The translations under genes and the position numbers were made by a program. The notes below the pieces were generated by a model, which was not told where the DNA came from, ran no database searches, and was given only the letters and a program-made list of their open reading frames with translations. From Octopus bimaculoides (Eukaryota): a DNA stretch of 35,084 bases. The stretch's first letter is position 1, and each line of letters starts with the position of its first letter. Positions 1-12,522 of the stretch are shown here, one piece after another. The stretch covers positions 2,533,625 through 2,568,708 of the forward strand of contig NC_068982.1 of assembly GCF_001194135.2 (NCBI RefSeq). Direction: 5' to 3'.

Positions 1-112
1 TGTGAGCGTGTTAAATAATAAAACACTTAAAGAGAATGACTCTCTCCAGATACAATAAAATATGCTTCAACCACGAATCCACATAAAGAATGTTGAAAAT
101 ACAGAAAACGAA

Positions 113-115
<3 letters not shown>

Positions 116-162
<47 letters not shown>
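116..162. repeat. (TG)n microsatellite
   Basis: Pure TG run read directly. Confidence 0.98.
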
Positions 163-166
<4 letters not shown>

Positions 167-179
167 GTGTTTGCATCTG

Positions 180-377
180 ATGTTGACAACCGGTGTTGGT
201 GTGTTTACGTTCCGTAACTTATTGGTTCGGCCAAGGAGTCTGATAGTATAAGTACTCGGCTTACAGAGAATAATATCTGGCTTCTTATTTGTTCGACTAA
301 AACTCCTGAAGGTGGTGCTCCAACATGGCCGGAGTCATAAGACTGACACAAGTAAAAGAATATAAGAATAAAAGAAT
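180..377 (+). mobile_element. 3' part of a cephalopod SINE with (TAAAAGAA)-type tail
   Basis: Body 'ggtgtgtttacgttccgtaac...ggtggtgctccaacatggccggagtc...acaagtaaaagaatataagaataaaagaata'. A reverse-complement relative lies at ~9335-9466 in this window. Family assignment is from recall. Confidence 0.75.
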
Positions 378-470
378 ATGTATACATACATACATAAATA
401 CATACATACATACATACATACATACATTACATACATTACATACATACATTACATACATTACATACATGCA
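378..470. repeat. (TACA)n / (TACAT)n microsatellite
   Basis: Tandem tetra- and pentanucleotide units read directly. Confidence 0.95.
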
Positions 471-1098
471 AGTACAGTACGTGTGTATATATGTGTGTGT
501 TTATTTATATGTAACTTAAGCTGTATTACTTTCAAATATTGACTTCACTATTTTTTTACCCTAATTATATTCTCCAAGTACAACATTTCTCCCAAATACT
601 CACAACTTTCGAAAATATGAAATGAAATACCTCTTAGTAACGATGCGTTGAGGTATTGATTCATTGGCTTTCATAAGATTTCTTCGTCACAATAGGAAAT
701 ATTACTTCACGTACACCGGCAAAGAAAAGCGTAATTATATGTATCCAAACCCGTATATGATATCAGAAAACAGATAATATATGCTGCCGTTAACTTTCAA
801 GCTTACCAATTACTATTGTTGCTCAATTTCTTTCCATTTATGCAGTGGAATTTTTCCATCTTCCCTTACCAGCATCATCGTTTCTCCATTACGTTTATGT
901 TCATTCTTTTGCATGTATCTGCATGAATCTATTCATTCATGTTTAATACATGTACGAGCGTATGTATGNNNNNNNNNNNNNNNNNNNNNNNNNNNNNNNN
1001 NNNNNNNNNNNNNNNNNNNNNNNNNNNNNNNNNNNNNNNNNNNNNNNNNNNNTCTGCATTGTGTATCTGGTGGGGCGTTGTTTATAAAACTTTCATTG

Positions 1099-1129
<31 letters not shown>

Positions 1130-1949
1130 TATATATACACATACATACACACACACACACACACATACATACATACATACATACATTCACGATTTCATTT
1201 TAAACTATATTTATGAAGAAGTGTATCATATTGCAAGACGCTATCATGTTTTGTTCATAATAATATACTATTCTGCTCTTTCGAAGGAGTGTATACTAGA
1301 ATGACTTTAGTAGAGATTTTATCGTTTATATATGTGTTGATTACTGAAGCAATATTGTGAAACATGTTTCTTAACTGCACACTATGAATATTGTATACAT
1401 TCACATAAATTTTCTTTCATAGATCTTGTGATATTTAGAACATAGTTGGTACTCGTTTTTATTCAAATGTGTTCTTTATGTATATTATGGCACGTTATGT
1501 ATCCTTATTGATATGACTTTCTTAATCAATGTTTTTCACTTGCGAGATATTCTATATAAAATGTTTGGTATATTGAGAAATATATCATAGTTTGTCCCAA
1601 TTCCATAAAAAATGATAAATAAAAAACATTTCAAAAAGGTTATATTTCGATTGGGGTTCTTTCAACAGTTTTATTTTCTGATCAGCATTCTGTTAATATA
1701 TGCTCTTAAATGCCTATGATTTGAATATTCCATCTGTTAGAGTCGTTCAATCTAATATTTTTAATGTTCAGTTTGATACATTTACTGATCAAGCTGATAT
1801 AATAACTTTGAGAGCTGTCCCCGAATTTGTATATTACATAGGTAATTTCAACTCGACAATGTGATTTGCACGTATCCTATCGACTATGAGAGTTTTAATT
1901 GCCCTCAATTCATTATAACGTTATTAAATAATGAAACGTTTTCCCTGGT

Positions 1950-4050
1950 TTGCAGATCTCGTAGATATTGCATTCCGTTTCTGTAAAAATAAGGTGACTA
2001 AATTTACAATGTGACTGTGAAATATGTTGGGTCGCTGGCATGTGTTGTCGTAGTGGGCAGATCCAGCACATCGAGATTGTAGGGCGTGACATATTCAATA
2101 CTGTGTATGCCCTCTCTGGGAGTTCAAAATAGCAATTCATCATCAGTTCATGGAGTGCTTGAGGCGGTTCGCAAAAGTTATTGGGACCTGTACTCACACA
2201 CTGAGGAAAGTTGTCTCCAGTTCCACACGAGTTGTCAGCCGTGGGAGCACCTGATTCAGCCGTCTCTAGATTTCATTCCAAAGGTGTTCAATTGGGTTGA
2301 AATCCAGGCTGAGAGCCAGCCACGGCATGCTTCTGATTTTGTGCTGACGCAGAGATTCCATGGTGACCCTGGCCGTGCAGGAGGGAGCATTGTCCTGCGG
2401 CATGCCCAACAAGAGAATTGAGGTCTATGTCTGTCGTATATTTAGTCTTCAACAAGTATTGCACTGCTGATAGGCGGAAATACAATTTACCAACAGCTCA
2501 TGATATAGCTATGGTCTTCAGCAATACTGACGGTGAGATTCAACTGAAATTTCAAGGTTTACCCAAGAAACAATGAAGTCCTTGTGATCAGTCTGAACAT
2601 TCTTAGCCCCAACTTTGACCCAGTGACGTATGTATTGTTCTTTCCATATGAAGAGCCAGGCTGGCAACCACGTATGATTGGTAATAAAAATAGAGCAAAC
2701 TCAAGGCAAAATGTTACAGTGCAGAGTAGATTCTTTTCCCTCGATGGCCCTGGAGGTACAAGAATGACCTACCTGTACAATAGATTGATAGCTTCTCGAA
2801 GAACGCAAAACAAGCAGATATAGCTGCTGATTTGCTCATTTATGGAAGGACAGTTCACAGTGGAACCAACCTACGCGTCCCATTGCAAGATAGTTCCACC
2901 TCTCACATGAGAATTCGTTCAGAATCATCTGAAAAATTAAAGCAGGCTCACGTTTTAATTGATGAAGTATCAATGTTATCGTGCAACGCTCTGTGAGCCA
3001 TTGATCTGCTGCTGAGGCAAATAATGAATTCGACCAGACCATTCGGTGGGAAAATGCACCTGTCATCCCAAGAGGATCCAATGCAACAGTGATTGAGTCC
3101 TCAATTAAGCAATCTCCTCTCTGGCATTTCGTAGCAAAACTCAGTTTGACTGAAAATATGCGCATGGCTGGACAGATGACTTCATCTGGTGGATGTTAGA
3201 GGATGGAAATGGAACCCTCTCCAACAATGAAGGACTGGAAGAAAACCGTATACAAATTCCTCAAAAAAACATGACATCTACAAATAACATTGTTAGAGAA
3301 GTTTTGGGGGAAGAATTATTACAAGATAATGATGAGGCAGTTGAAAGAGCGTCATTGACAATCATTTTGACACCTAAAAACAAAGACTGTCTTCACATAA
3401 ACACTAGCATAATATCATTATTACCTAGTGAGACAACAATTTGCAGAAGTGATAACACCATTGCTGAAGAAAATAACTAACTTGTTATACATTATCCAGT
3501 AGGGTTTTTAAATTCACTGACGCTATTTACAATACCACCTCATATATTGACCTTGAAGAGGCATTCGATAGTCATATTACTCAGTTGGACCCGGATCTTA
3601 GTGCTGTCCATCAAATGTATTTTTCATTCGAGGAAAAATATTTAGTGGAAGTAAGAAAGGAGAGAAAGCCTTTATTCCACGCATCAGCCTCTGTCCCAGT
3701 GAGACAAACCCTTCCGTGTAGTATGAATAGAACACAGTTTCCTGTTACCCCAACATTTGCAATGACAGTAAACAAATGACAATAGCAGAGCTTCGATAAT
3801 GTTGGCATCATCCTAACATCACCAGTATTCAACCATGCACAACTTTATTTTGCATTGAGTAGAAGTAGAATCAATAATGATATTAAAAAGCGCGTAAAGA
3901 ACCATCCAAAACAAGGCGAACTCATTGGTGGTAGGGTTTCCCTAAAAACGTGGTGATGAAACAGTTATTAAGATATAGGTTGTAAGAATCTTTACATTTA
4001 ATCTTCCGAATATTTTTACGCCGTCAATTCCGACGGCATGGGTACATTAG
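1950..4050 (+). mobile_element. Degenerate, internally deleted Helitron (RepHel pseudogene, PIF1-type helicase half retained)
   Basis: Ordered motifs across stops and frameshifts: GMCCRSGQIQ (2037), DRRKYNLPTAHDIAMVF (2469), LSPNFDPVTYVLFFPYEEPGW (2602), decayed Walker A DGPGGTRMT (2743), IAADLLIYGRTVHS, IDEVSM (2958), PFGGK (3039), LTENMR (3146), ILTPKN, YPVGFLNSL..PPHIL, QFPVTPTFAMTVNK (~3736), QLYFALSR (~3839). A 3' hairpin and TTAG|T terminus follow. The 5' boundary is uncertain. Confidence 0.93.
4020..4050 (+). terminator. Helitron 3' terminal hairpin and CTAG-like end
   Basis: GCCGTC-AATTCC-GACGGC (4020-4037), then ATGGGTACATTAG|T. This matches the canonical Helitron hairpin plus CTRR/CTAG before a host T, with CTAG decayed to TTAG. 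Confidence 0.85.
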
Positions 4051-4054
4051 TATT

Positions 4055-4057
<3 letters not shown>

Positions 4058-4113
<56 letters not shown>
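4058..4113. repeat. (TA)n microsatellite
   Basis: Pure TA run. Confidence 0.98.
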
Positions 4114-4117
<4 letters not shown>

Positions 4118-5314
4118 AAAGAAATAAACATGTAAACCCTACTATTCATACTTTTCTTGTATATCCCTCCGTGAGAACATATATCGACTGGGAAATGGAA
4201 CCATGGAATTACAAAGTCGACTGCTGATAGGCGTACAATTTATCTTTGTTGATGGCTGCATGTCAACATGCATGTGTTTTCAGTGTGCTTACAGTATCGC
4301 AATTATTGTTTGTTATAGGTTGCTCAATATTTCCTCTAATTTCACAACTCTGCAAAGGTAACAAAATGGACGTTTTTATCAGCATTGCCTACGTACAGTC
4401 AACCTCTGTCGTATCTTGATGGTTGGGAAAAATAATGTGCTCTATTTATGTGTTAGAAATATTCATATCATATTGAACTTTATGCAGAAATGATTGCCAG
4501 TGTGAATACTCATACACATAACAAGTCACATACATACGTATGATATTTGGGAATATATTCATTTGATTGATATATTTCTTTAATCCCATATACACTAACT
4601 TCATAAATATATTCTTTATCTTCATTTCAAAATTCTATATTTCTTTAAACAAATTAATCTTCATGGCAGTATTTATTATTTTCCGTTTTTCGTATGTTAT
4701 TCAGTATCTTGTTTTTTCTTTCATTTCGTGCCTGCTTACATAGTTTCCGATAAATATTATGATTAAAATTTTTAAAGATTTAATTGTATGCATAGATCTA
4801 TATTACATTTAATCATATTTTAGAGTACAAACTAAAATGCAGGCTAATATAATTATGCCTGTATATTTATTTTTATTGATTTCTATTCATTTTAATTACT
4901 TTAATTATATGAATCTATTATGAATCTATTCGGGAATAGTTATTTGTCACCCAAATTCTTAAAATTAATTTTATGGTTTAGTATGTTTTGTTTTACTGTT
5001 TTAAACACATATTTCTAGACGCCCATTTGAATTAATTTAATTCGGATTTTCCATTAGCTTAACTTTGTTCTTAACAATAATAATGCACAAACTTAAATCG
5101 ATTATAAGTAAAGTAAACTAACTTTACTTCGGTTTAGTTTTGCTTTCGATTAAATATAAAGTTCTAACATCGGTTCCGAATCGACTAAATCAACCGCAGT
5201 ATTTCACTGGTAATACATTTAATAAGCAATTAAAATCATTGTTCATCTCGACACGATTTGTACCCCTAAAAAAAGAAAACCCGAAAATAAAACTCGCAAT
5301 TACTTTTGATTGAT

Positions 5315-5498
5315 ATTCTTTTCTACTCTAGGCACAAGGCCCGAATTTTTTGCGAAGGGGGCCAGTCGATCCAACTGGTACTTAATTTATCGAGCCCGAA
5401 AGGATGAAAGGCAAAGTCAATCTCGGCGGAGTTTGATTTCGGAACGTTAAGACAGACGAAATACTGCTAAGCATTTCACCCGGTGTGCTAACGATTCT
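5315..5498 (-). mobile_element. tRNA-derived SINE, tail variant 2, 5' end clipped
   Basis: Shares the core 'actggtacttaatttatcga.cccgaaaggatgaaaggcaaagtc' with other copies. On minus the tail reads '...ccttgtgcctagagtagaaaagaat'. Confidence 0.9.
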
Positions 5499-5782
5499 TA
5501 TTTCTTTATTGCCCACAAGGGGCTAAATATAGAGGGGATAAACAAGGACATACAAAGGGATTAAGTCGATTAGATCGACTCCAGTGCGTAACTGGTGCTT
5601 AATTTATCGACCCCAAAAAGGATGAAAGGCAAAGTCGACCTCAGCGGAATTTGAACTCAGAACGTAACGGCAGACGAAATACCGCTAANNNNNNNNNNAT
5701 TTGAACTCAGAACGTAACGGCAGACGAAATACCGCTAAGCATTTCGCCCGGCGTGCTAACGTTTCTGCCAGCTCACCGCCTT
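5499..5782 (-). mobile_element. tRNA-derived SINE, tail variant 1, near full length
   Basis: Minus head AAGGCGGTGAGCTGGCAGAAACGTTAGC (A-box-like), B-box GAGTTCAAAT, shared core, tail '...ttgtgggcaataaagaaata'. It contains a 10-N gap with a 40-bp duplication across it. Confidence 0.92.
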
Positions 5783-6415
5783 CATTTGACTGATATTCTA
5801 GTGTTTCGTCAAATCCGCCATATTTTGAATAAAATTTATGTTGAATTCGAAAAAAATTGAGGAGTCGAATCTGGGAACAATTAAGTTGGAGCATACAATA
5901 TTTTTGTTGTTTTTTTTTTTTTCATAATAACATCTTATATATTTAGATACGTCAGTTGTAATGTTTCATAACCAATTTAAATATCGAATATATTTGTGTA
6001 TTAAAGTGAAGGCCAAAGACCTGTAAGCCATCTTTTAACGTTATCTCTTGAAAATTACATTCAGGATTGCTTCCCTCCTAAACTTCATATTTTACTCACC
6101 CCTATCACTTTCCCGTTATTCTTTCTTTCAGCCTTATTCCCATGGGTAGTTTTCTTACTCGACTGTGCATAACTTTTCGCTCTTGTTTTCTGTTGTTTTT
6201 TATTCTATCATATTAGAGGACATATAATAGTGAGGAACAATTGTTTCCCATTATTCTGAAGTGCTGACGTAATACGCAATAGAACGTGCAACATTCAATA
6301 TATTGCTGGTTACAAATAAATGTTTCTCTACTTTTCATAGAGATTATGCGTGACACGTATTCTGGATTTTTTAATTTGCTATTAATCTCATCATCTCATA
6401 TATCTATACGCGCGC

Positions 6416-6690
<275 letters not shown>

Positions 6691-6695
6691 TGAAA

Positions 6696-6865
6696 TTTAC
6701 AGAAAAAGAAAACACGAAGACAGGTGTATTATCAACAAACAGGTGTATTAGGTTAACGTTTGTTAAGGTGACAAAGTCTTTTACGTTTCGAGCATGCGCT
6801 CGTCAACAGAGAGGAACACGATGAATTAAAGAGAGAGAATAAAAAACCGTTTAGAACTAGCGGTC
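6696..6865 (-). mobile_element. Short interspersed repeat with a hammerhead-like motif (copy 1, probably PLE terminal-repeat derived)
   Basis: Reverse-complement homolog of 27990-28175. Minus strand 6809-6782 reads CTGTTGA-C-GAGC-GCAT-GCTC-GAAAC-GTA. Confidence 0.7.
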
Positions 6866-7357
6866 AATATATATATATATATATAAGAATAAAAAAGGGA
6901 TAAATTATCTCAAATTATACCATAAAATGGTTTAGATGCAAGCTATCCACATAATTTGAATTACACAGCACTCAAGTAAAAATAGATACTGTTGGATTGT
7001 TCCTTGTTCCTTGTTTCAGAACTTAAAATATTCCGTGGGGTATACATTCGAAAATGTGATGGAGCCTTGAATAAATTGCAACAACTACGATGCATAATTG
7101 CTTACGGAGCAATGTGTTGTTGCTGCAGGAAACTTTTCAACAAAAAAGTTTGAGATGCGAATAAATCTCCACTCTCCACTTCATTTTGAAGTATACATCA
7201 TACATGTATATATATATATATATGTATATATATNNNNNNNNNNNNNNNNNNNNNNNNNNNNNNNNNNNNNNNNNNNNNNNNNNNNNNNNNNNNNNNNNNN
7301 NNNNNNNNNNNNNNNNNNNNNNNNNNNNNNNNNNNNNNNNNNNNNNNNNNNNNNNNN

Positions 7358-7418
<61 letters not shown>

Positions 7419-9072
7419 CATATATTCTTCTGAGAATCAAATATTATTTGCATAGTATTATTTGATTCGGTGACTGAAGAAACTAATACAAGGAAATGAA
7501 ACACAATGATGGAGAATAAATAATACCAAAGTTATTTTCCAATCTCCTATTCATACACACACACACACACACACACGCACTCACACATATACACATACAC
7601 ACACACACAAATTGTACATTGAACGTAATAATGGTAATTTTATAGATATGTGCCTATGTATGCACAGTCACCACAGAGAAACACACAGAGACATATATAC
7701 TAATCCTGTAATAAAATGGATGATCACTACAAATCTAATTTTTCAGCAAAAACAGACAATGGAAGATATTACCAGAACATGACGGGAAAAAAAATTGAAA
7801 TACCGACCCATTCCTTTTTTCTATACATTGAAAATTGTCCTTGTTCGTTTGCGTCAATTTTCATATCACAAAATAATTTTCTATCATTTTTACGTAATTG
7901 CATTTGTTTGAAGAAAATGAAAATGTAATTACTGTAATATATAAACAATAAGATTCATGCCTTCCAGTTTATTTTATATGTTTTCTTTTTCTGTATATTC
8001 TGAAAAATTAAGTTTAATTTGTACTTTGTGTTATTTCACAAATTTCAAACAGAATTATTCTTGACAATATGTGATTTGAAATTTTTTGAACGAAATGGTA
8101 ATGTTTCTAGATAAATTCATTTAAATATAACGTAAACATATTCCGTAACTTTTATAATGAGAGCATAAGTAAATTTAAAAACAGACGTTAACGAAATTTT
8201 TTGTTGAAAGAATTCAGAACCTATTTAGCATACTTTCAAATGTATTTTGTATGAAGTATTTTCTCGTGTTTAAATAAATACACACCTACACCTGCAAACG
8301 TATTGTCAGGCGCGTGCTTGCTTTTTAATCCACAAAGGTAAAAATGCGAGAGTCATGAGGAGTTGATTCAAACTTTATAAATATCTCATACATTTTAATC
8401 ATTTGCATCAATAAGTCTCTAACATACTTAAACTTACACATAGAGACTGTAAATGTATGGGCAGATGAAGCAAGCAGTCTTTTGGCTATCGTTTATATAG
8501 ATTTCATTAAATATATATTTGCTTCGTGGATTGAAAATCGATACATTCATGAATGATCAACATATAATTGTGAAATTGCACATTTTGTTGGAAATAGGAA
8601 TTAAATATTCATCTTTGGCGGGGAAACTATAAACAATTTGGATTTGGTAGATGCTTTGAGAGCTGAGTTCCTTTTAAAAGGGCTAATGTTCGAGTATTTA
8701 GCGATTTATTTGCATTAAACTGCCAGTGATATTGCGTAGTTCCACTCAGCCCTGATAAAATGGATCTGCGATCCATCAAAGATCAAAGTATGAACATCAC
8801 AAAGTTTTGTTTGCTGCTACTCTCCCCTTCTCACAACTCCCTGGATTAGATACCTGTCTGCTTATACTGTCCATTTGATTATGATAATCATTTGTGGAAC
8901 CACAATATTCATGGGTTGTGATTCTTCTTCTCTTCAGATATACAATCCTGTCTATATTAGTATCAAGATATCAACGTATTGGGCCTATTCATACAAATGC
9001 CTTGCCCTGATTTTCACTCGTTGCTATTCTGACCTTGGTGCCAATCGCTGTATTAGTCATGTGTGTGTGTGT

Positions 9073-9305
9073 TATTCCTTTACTACCCACAAGGGGCTAC
9101 ACACAGAGGGGACAAACAAGGACAGACAAACGGATTAAGTCGATTACATCGACCCCAGTGCGTAACTGGTACTTAATTTATCGACCCCGAAAGGATGAAA
9201 GGCTAAGTCGACCACGGCAGAATTTGAACTCAGAACGTAGCGGCGGACGAAATACTGTTAAGCATTTCACCCGGCTAGCTAACGTTTCTGCCAGCTCGCC
9301 GACTT
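9073..9305 (-). mobile_element. tRNA-derived SINE, full length, tail variant 1
   Basis: Close match to 5499-5782. B-box on minus at 9220-9231, head '...GGCGAGCTGGCAGAAACGTTAGC'. Confidence 0.93.
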
Positions 9306-9334
9306 TGTGTGTACTCTTTTATGTTTTTATTTGT

Positions 9335-9466
9335 TTAAGTTATTTAACTGCGACCATGCTGGAGCACTGCATTTAGGCGAACGAATTGACCCCAGAACTT
9401 ATTCCCTGTAAGTCTAGTACTTATTATATCGGTCTAATTTGCTGAGCCGCTACTTTACAAGGTTGT
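9335..9466 (-). mobile_element. SINE 3' fragment, same family as 180-377
   Basis: 'gaccatgctggagcac...agtacttattatatcggtc' is the reverse complement of the 180-377 body. It runs into an N-gap. Confidence 0.7.
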
Positions 9467-10243
9467 NNNNNNNNNNNNNNNNNNNNNNNNNNNNNNNNNN
9501 NNNNNNNNNNNNNNNNNNNNNNNNNNNNNNNNNNNNNNNNNNNNNNNNNNNNNNNNNNNNNNNNNNNNNNNNNNNNNNNNNNNNNNNNNNNNNNNNNNNN
9601 NNNNNNNNNNNNNNNNNNNNNNNNNNNNNNNNNNNNNNNNNNNNNNNNNNNNNNNNNNNNNNNNNNNNNNNNNNNNNNNNNNNNNNNNNNNNNNNNNNNN
9701 NNNNNNNNNNNNNNNNNNNNNNNNNNNNNNNNNNNNNNNNNNNNNNNNNNNNNNNNNNNNNNNNNNNNNNNNNNNNNNNNNNNNNNNNNNNNNNNNNNNN
9801 NNNNNNNNNNNNNNNNNNNNNNNNNNNNNNNNNNNNNNNNNNNNNNNNNNNNNNNNNNNNNNNNNNNNNNNNNNNNNNNNNNNNNNNNNNNNNNNNNNNN
9901 NNNNNNNNNNNNNNNNNNNNNNNNNNNNNNNNNNNNNNNNNNNNNNNNNNNNNNNNNNNNNNNNNNNNNNNNNNNNNNNNNNNNNNNNNNNNNNNNNNNN
10001 NNNNNNNNNNNNNNNNNNNNNNNNNNNNNNNNNNNNNNNNNNNNNNNNNNNNNNNNNNNNNNNNNNNNNNNNNNNNNNNNNNNNNNNNNNNNNNNNNNNN
10101 NNNNNNNNNNNNNNNNNNNNNNNNNNNNNNNNNNNNNNNNNNNNNNNNNNNNNNNNNNNNNNNNNNNNNNNNNNNNNNNNNNNNNNNNNNNNNNNNNNNN
10201 NNNNNNNNNNNNNNNNNNNNNNNNNNNNNNNNNNNNNNNNNNN

Positions 10244-10322
<79 letters not shown>

Positions 10323-10334
10323 CACATATATATA
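10244..10334. repeat. (TA)n(GA)n microsatellite
   Basis: Read directly. Confidence 0.97.
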
Positions 10335-10449
10335 TAATTGAGATTCAGTTGAATTGGGTACTTTAGTTGAAGTACCAGGTCAGTGCGGTATTATCCGTAC
10401 AACTCAAAGTAAGGTGAATAAAATCAAAATAAGCAACAGTATATGAAGT

Positions 10450-11160
10450 AGTTATACAGTAGTACGACCGTTTCAAGCTACTCCATTTAATTGAACAATG
10501 CAATCATTACATCAATGTAAATCCAGGTCTATCCTCAGTGGCATAAATAAATAGACTTTTTAATTAGTTGGACACATAAATATAATTTTATTAAAATTCT
10601 CTTATAGAGCAAGAAGGAGGAATGAGTCCATGCTGCTACTAAAGTAGCTAAGAATATACTACACTTCTAAGGATTTTATGAATTGTTAGGGTCATAGCTT
10701 GTAAAGGATTGTGGTTCATTTTTAATTTATTAGTCTTTTTTTATCAACTACCAAATCTGAGGAAAGTGTCTGTTTAGAATGGATAGACAGAGGGATTTGA
10801 CAGTTTATAGTTTGGTATTGTCATAAATATTGACAGGATTTTAGGATTTTTAAAAGTACTGTCTATAAAGTAGGCTGGGTAGGGAAAGACCTCCAAATCG
10901 AGATGTTAATTACTAGTTAAAGGGGCAGACACTAATAAAACCTATGATATTAATACAGAGCAAATTATGATGGGGTATTATGGATGACTGGATATAAACA
11001 ACATTGTTATGTTGCATAAAGATAAAATTTAAGATTACTAGAAATGATGTGTATGTATCTGTACTCAACTTATCTTTTCCGATTTTTTCTGATTCTTAGC
11101 TTATAATTAATATAAAGATAGCATAATTTATCGCCCCAGCATTCCATAAGTAAATACCCG
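10450..11160 (-). mobile_element. Heavily decayed Penelope-like element (late RT/thumb to GIY-YIG region)
   Basis: Ordered minus-strand motifs across frameshifts: MECWGDKLCYLYIN (cf. TME.E.DNKL.FLDI, 11147), YPAYFIDSTFKN (cf. GYP..FID, ~10881), LNRHFPQI (~10777), LRSVVYS (cf. S.VVY, ~10670), IKKSIIYA..DRP (cf. IKESLLI...P, ~10565). Confidence 0.6.
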
Positions 11161-12429
11161 TGTATATATATATANNNNNNNNNNNNNNNNNNNNNNNNNN
11201 NNNNNNNNNNNNNNNNNNNNNNNNNNNNNNNNNNNNNNNNNNNNNNNNNNNNNNNNNNNNNNNNNNNNNNNNNNNNNNNNNNNNNNNNNNNNNNNNNNNN
11301 NNNNNNNNNNNNNNNNNNNNNNNNNNNNNNNNNNNNNNNNNNNNNNNNNNNNNNNNNNNNNNNNNNNNNNNNNNNNNNNNNNNNNNNNNNNNNNNNNNNN
11401 NNNNNNNNNNNNNNNNNNNNNNNNNNNNNNNNNNNNNNNNNNNNNNNNNNNNNNNNNNNNNNNNNNNNNNNNNNNNNNNNNNNNNNNNNNNNNNNNNNNN
11501 NNNNNNNNNNNNNNNNNNNNNNNNNNNNNNNNNNNNNNNNNNNNNNNNNNNNNNNNNNNNNNNNNNNNNNNNNNNNNNNNNNNNNNNNNNNNNNNNNNNN
11601 NNNNNNNNNNNNNNNNNNNNNNNNNNNNNNNNNNNNNNNNNNNNNNNNNNNNNNNNNNNNNNNNNNNNNNNNNNNNNNNNNNNNNNNNNNNNNNNNNNNN
11701 NNNNNNNNNNNNNNNNNNNNNNNNNNNNNNNNNNNNNNNNNNNNNNNNNNNNNNNNNNNNNNNNNNNNNNNNNNNNNNNNNNNNNNNNNNNNNNNNNNNN
11801 NNNNNNNNNNNNNNNNNNNNNNNNNNNNNNNNNNNNNACATACATAAATATATATATACATACGGAGAAAATATAGGTAAGCACATACATATCTATATCT
11901 ATGTATATATACATATATATATATGCATATTAGAAAAAATAATAAGTTACTCAGATATCTGAATGATTGTACATTTACAGATTTTTATTAATATGTCACA
12001 TGTTTACATAAATGATATATATTAGCGCTTGCATCTACTCTAGTAGACTCTCCAGATTTATTTTTTCTTGAGAGGATTTGTCTCTTTTTATAGAATTATT
12101 GAATGTGTAGGGTGGAGAGAGATATATAGGATAGTAAAAGAGGGTGAGGAATGGGGAGAAAGTGAGAGAGTGTGTGTGTATTTTTGTGTTTGTGTGTGTA
12201 TGTGTGTGCCAATGGGAAAGAGAAGGAAAGAAAGAAGAAAGAGTGAAAGAATAAAGAGAATTGTGTTTACAGCTGGTCAGTTCTTTCAATTGAAGATGAC
12301 AAGTTGATTCTTGGCCGTTAAAAATGGCAAAGCGAGGTGGCGATTATTTAAGGGGTGTACTGTTTGGAAAAAAGTTATTTTCAAAATGTTGCCATTAATG
12401 TCCAGTGAGAGAGAGTGGGTGTGTTTTTT

Positions 12430-12451
12430 TGTGTGTGTGTATGTGTGTGTG

Positions 12452-12520
<69 letters not shown>
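12430..12520. repeat. (TG)n microsatellite
   Basis: Read directly. Confidence 0.97.

Positions 12521-12522
<2 letters not shown>

Noticed and set aside
4310-4365. Candidate 39-nt micro-exon (tag|GTTGCT...CAAAG|gtaaca)
   Set aside because: Two frames are open, but there is no recognisable protein or partner exon. Such signals arise by chance in AT-rich DNA.
5649-5738. Exact 40-bp direct repeat across a 10-N gap
   Set aside because: Identical sequence on both sides of a minimal gap is typical of unmerged contig overlap, so it is an assembly artefact.
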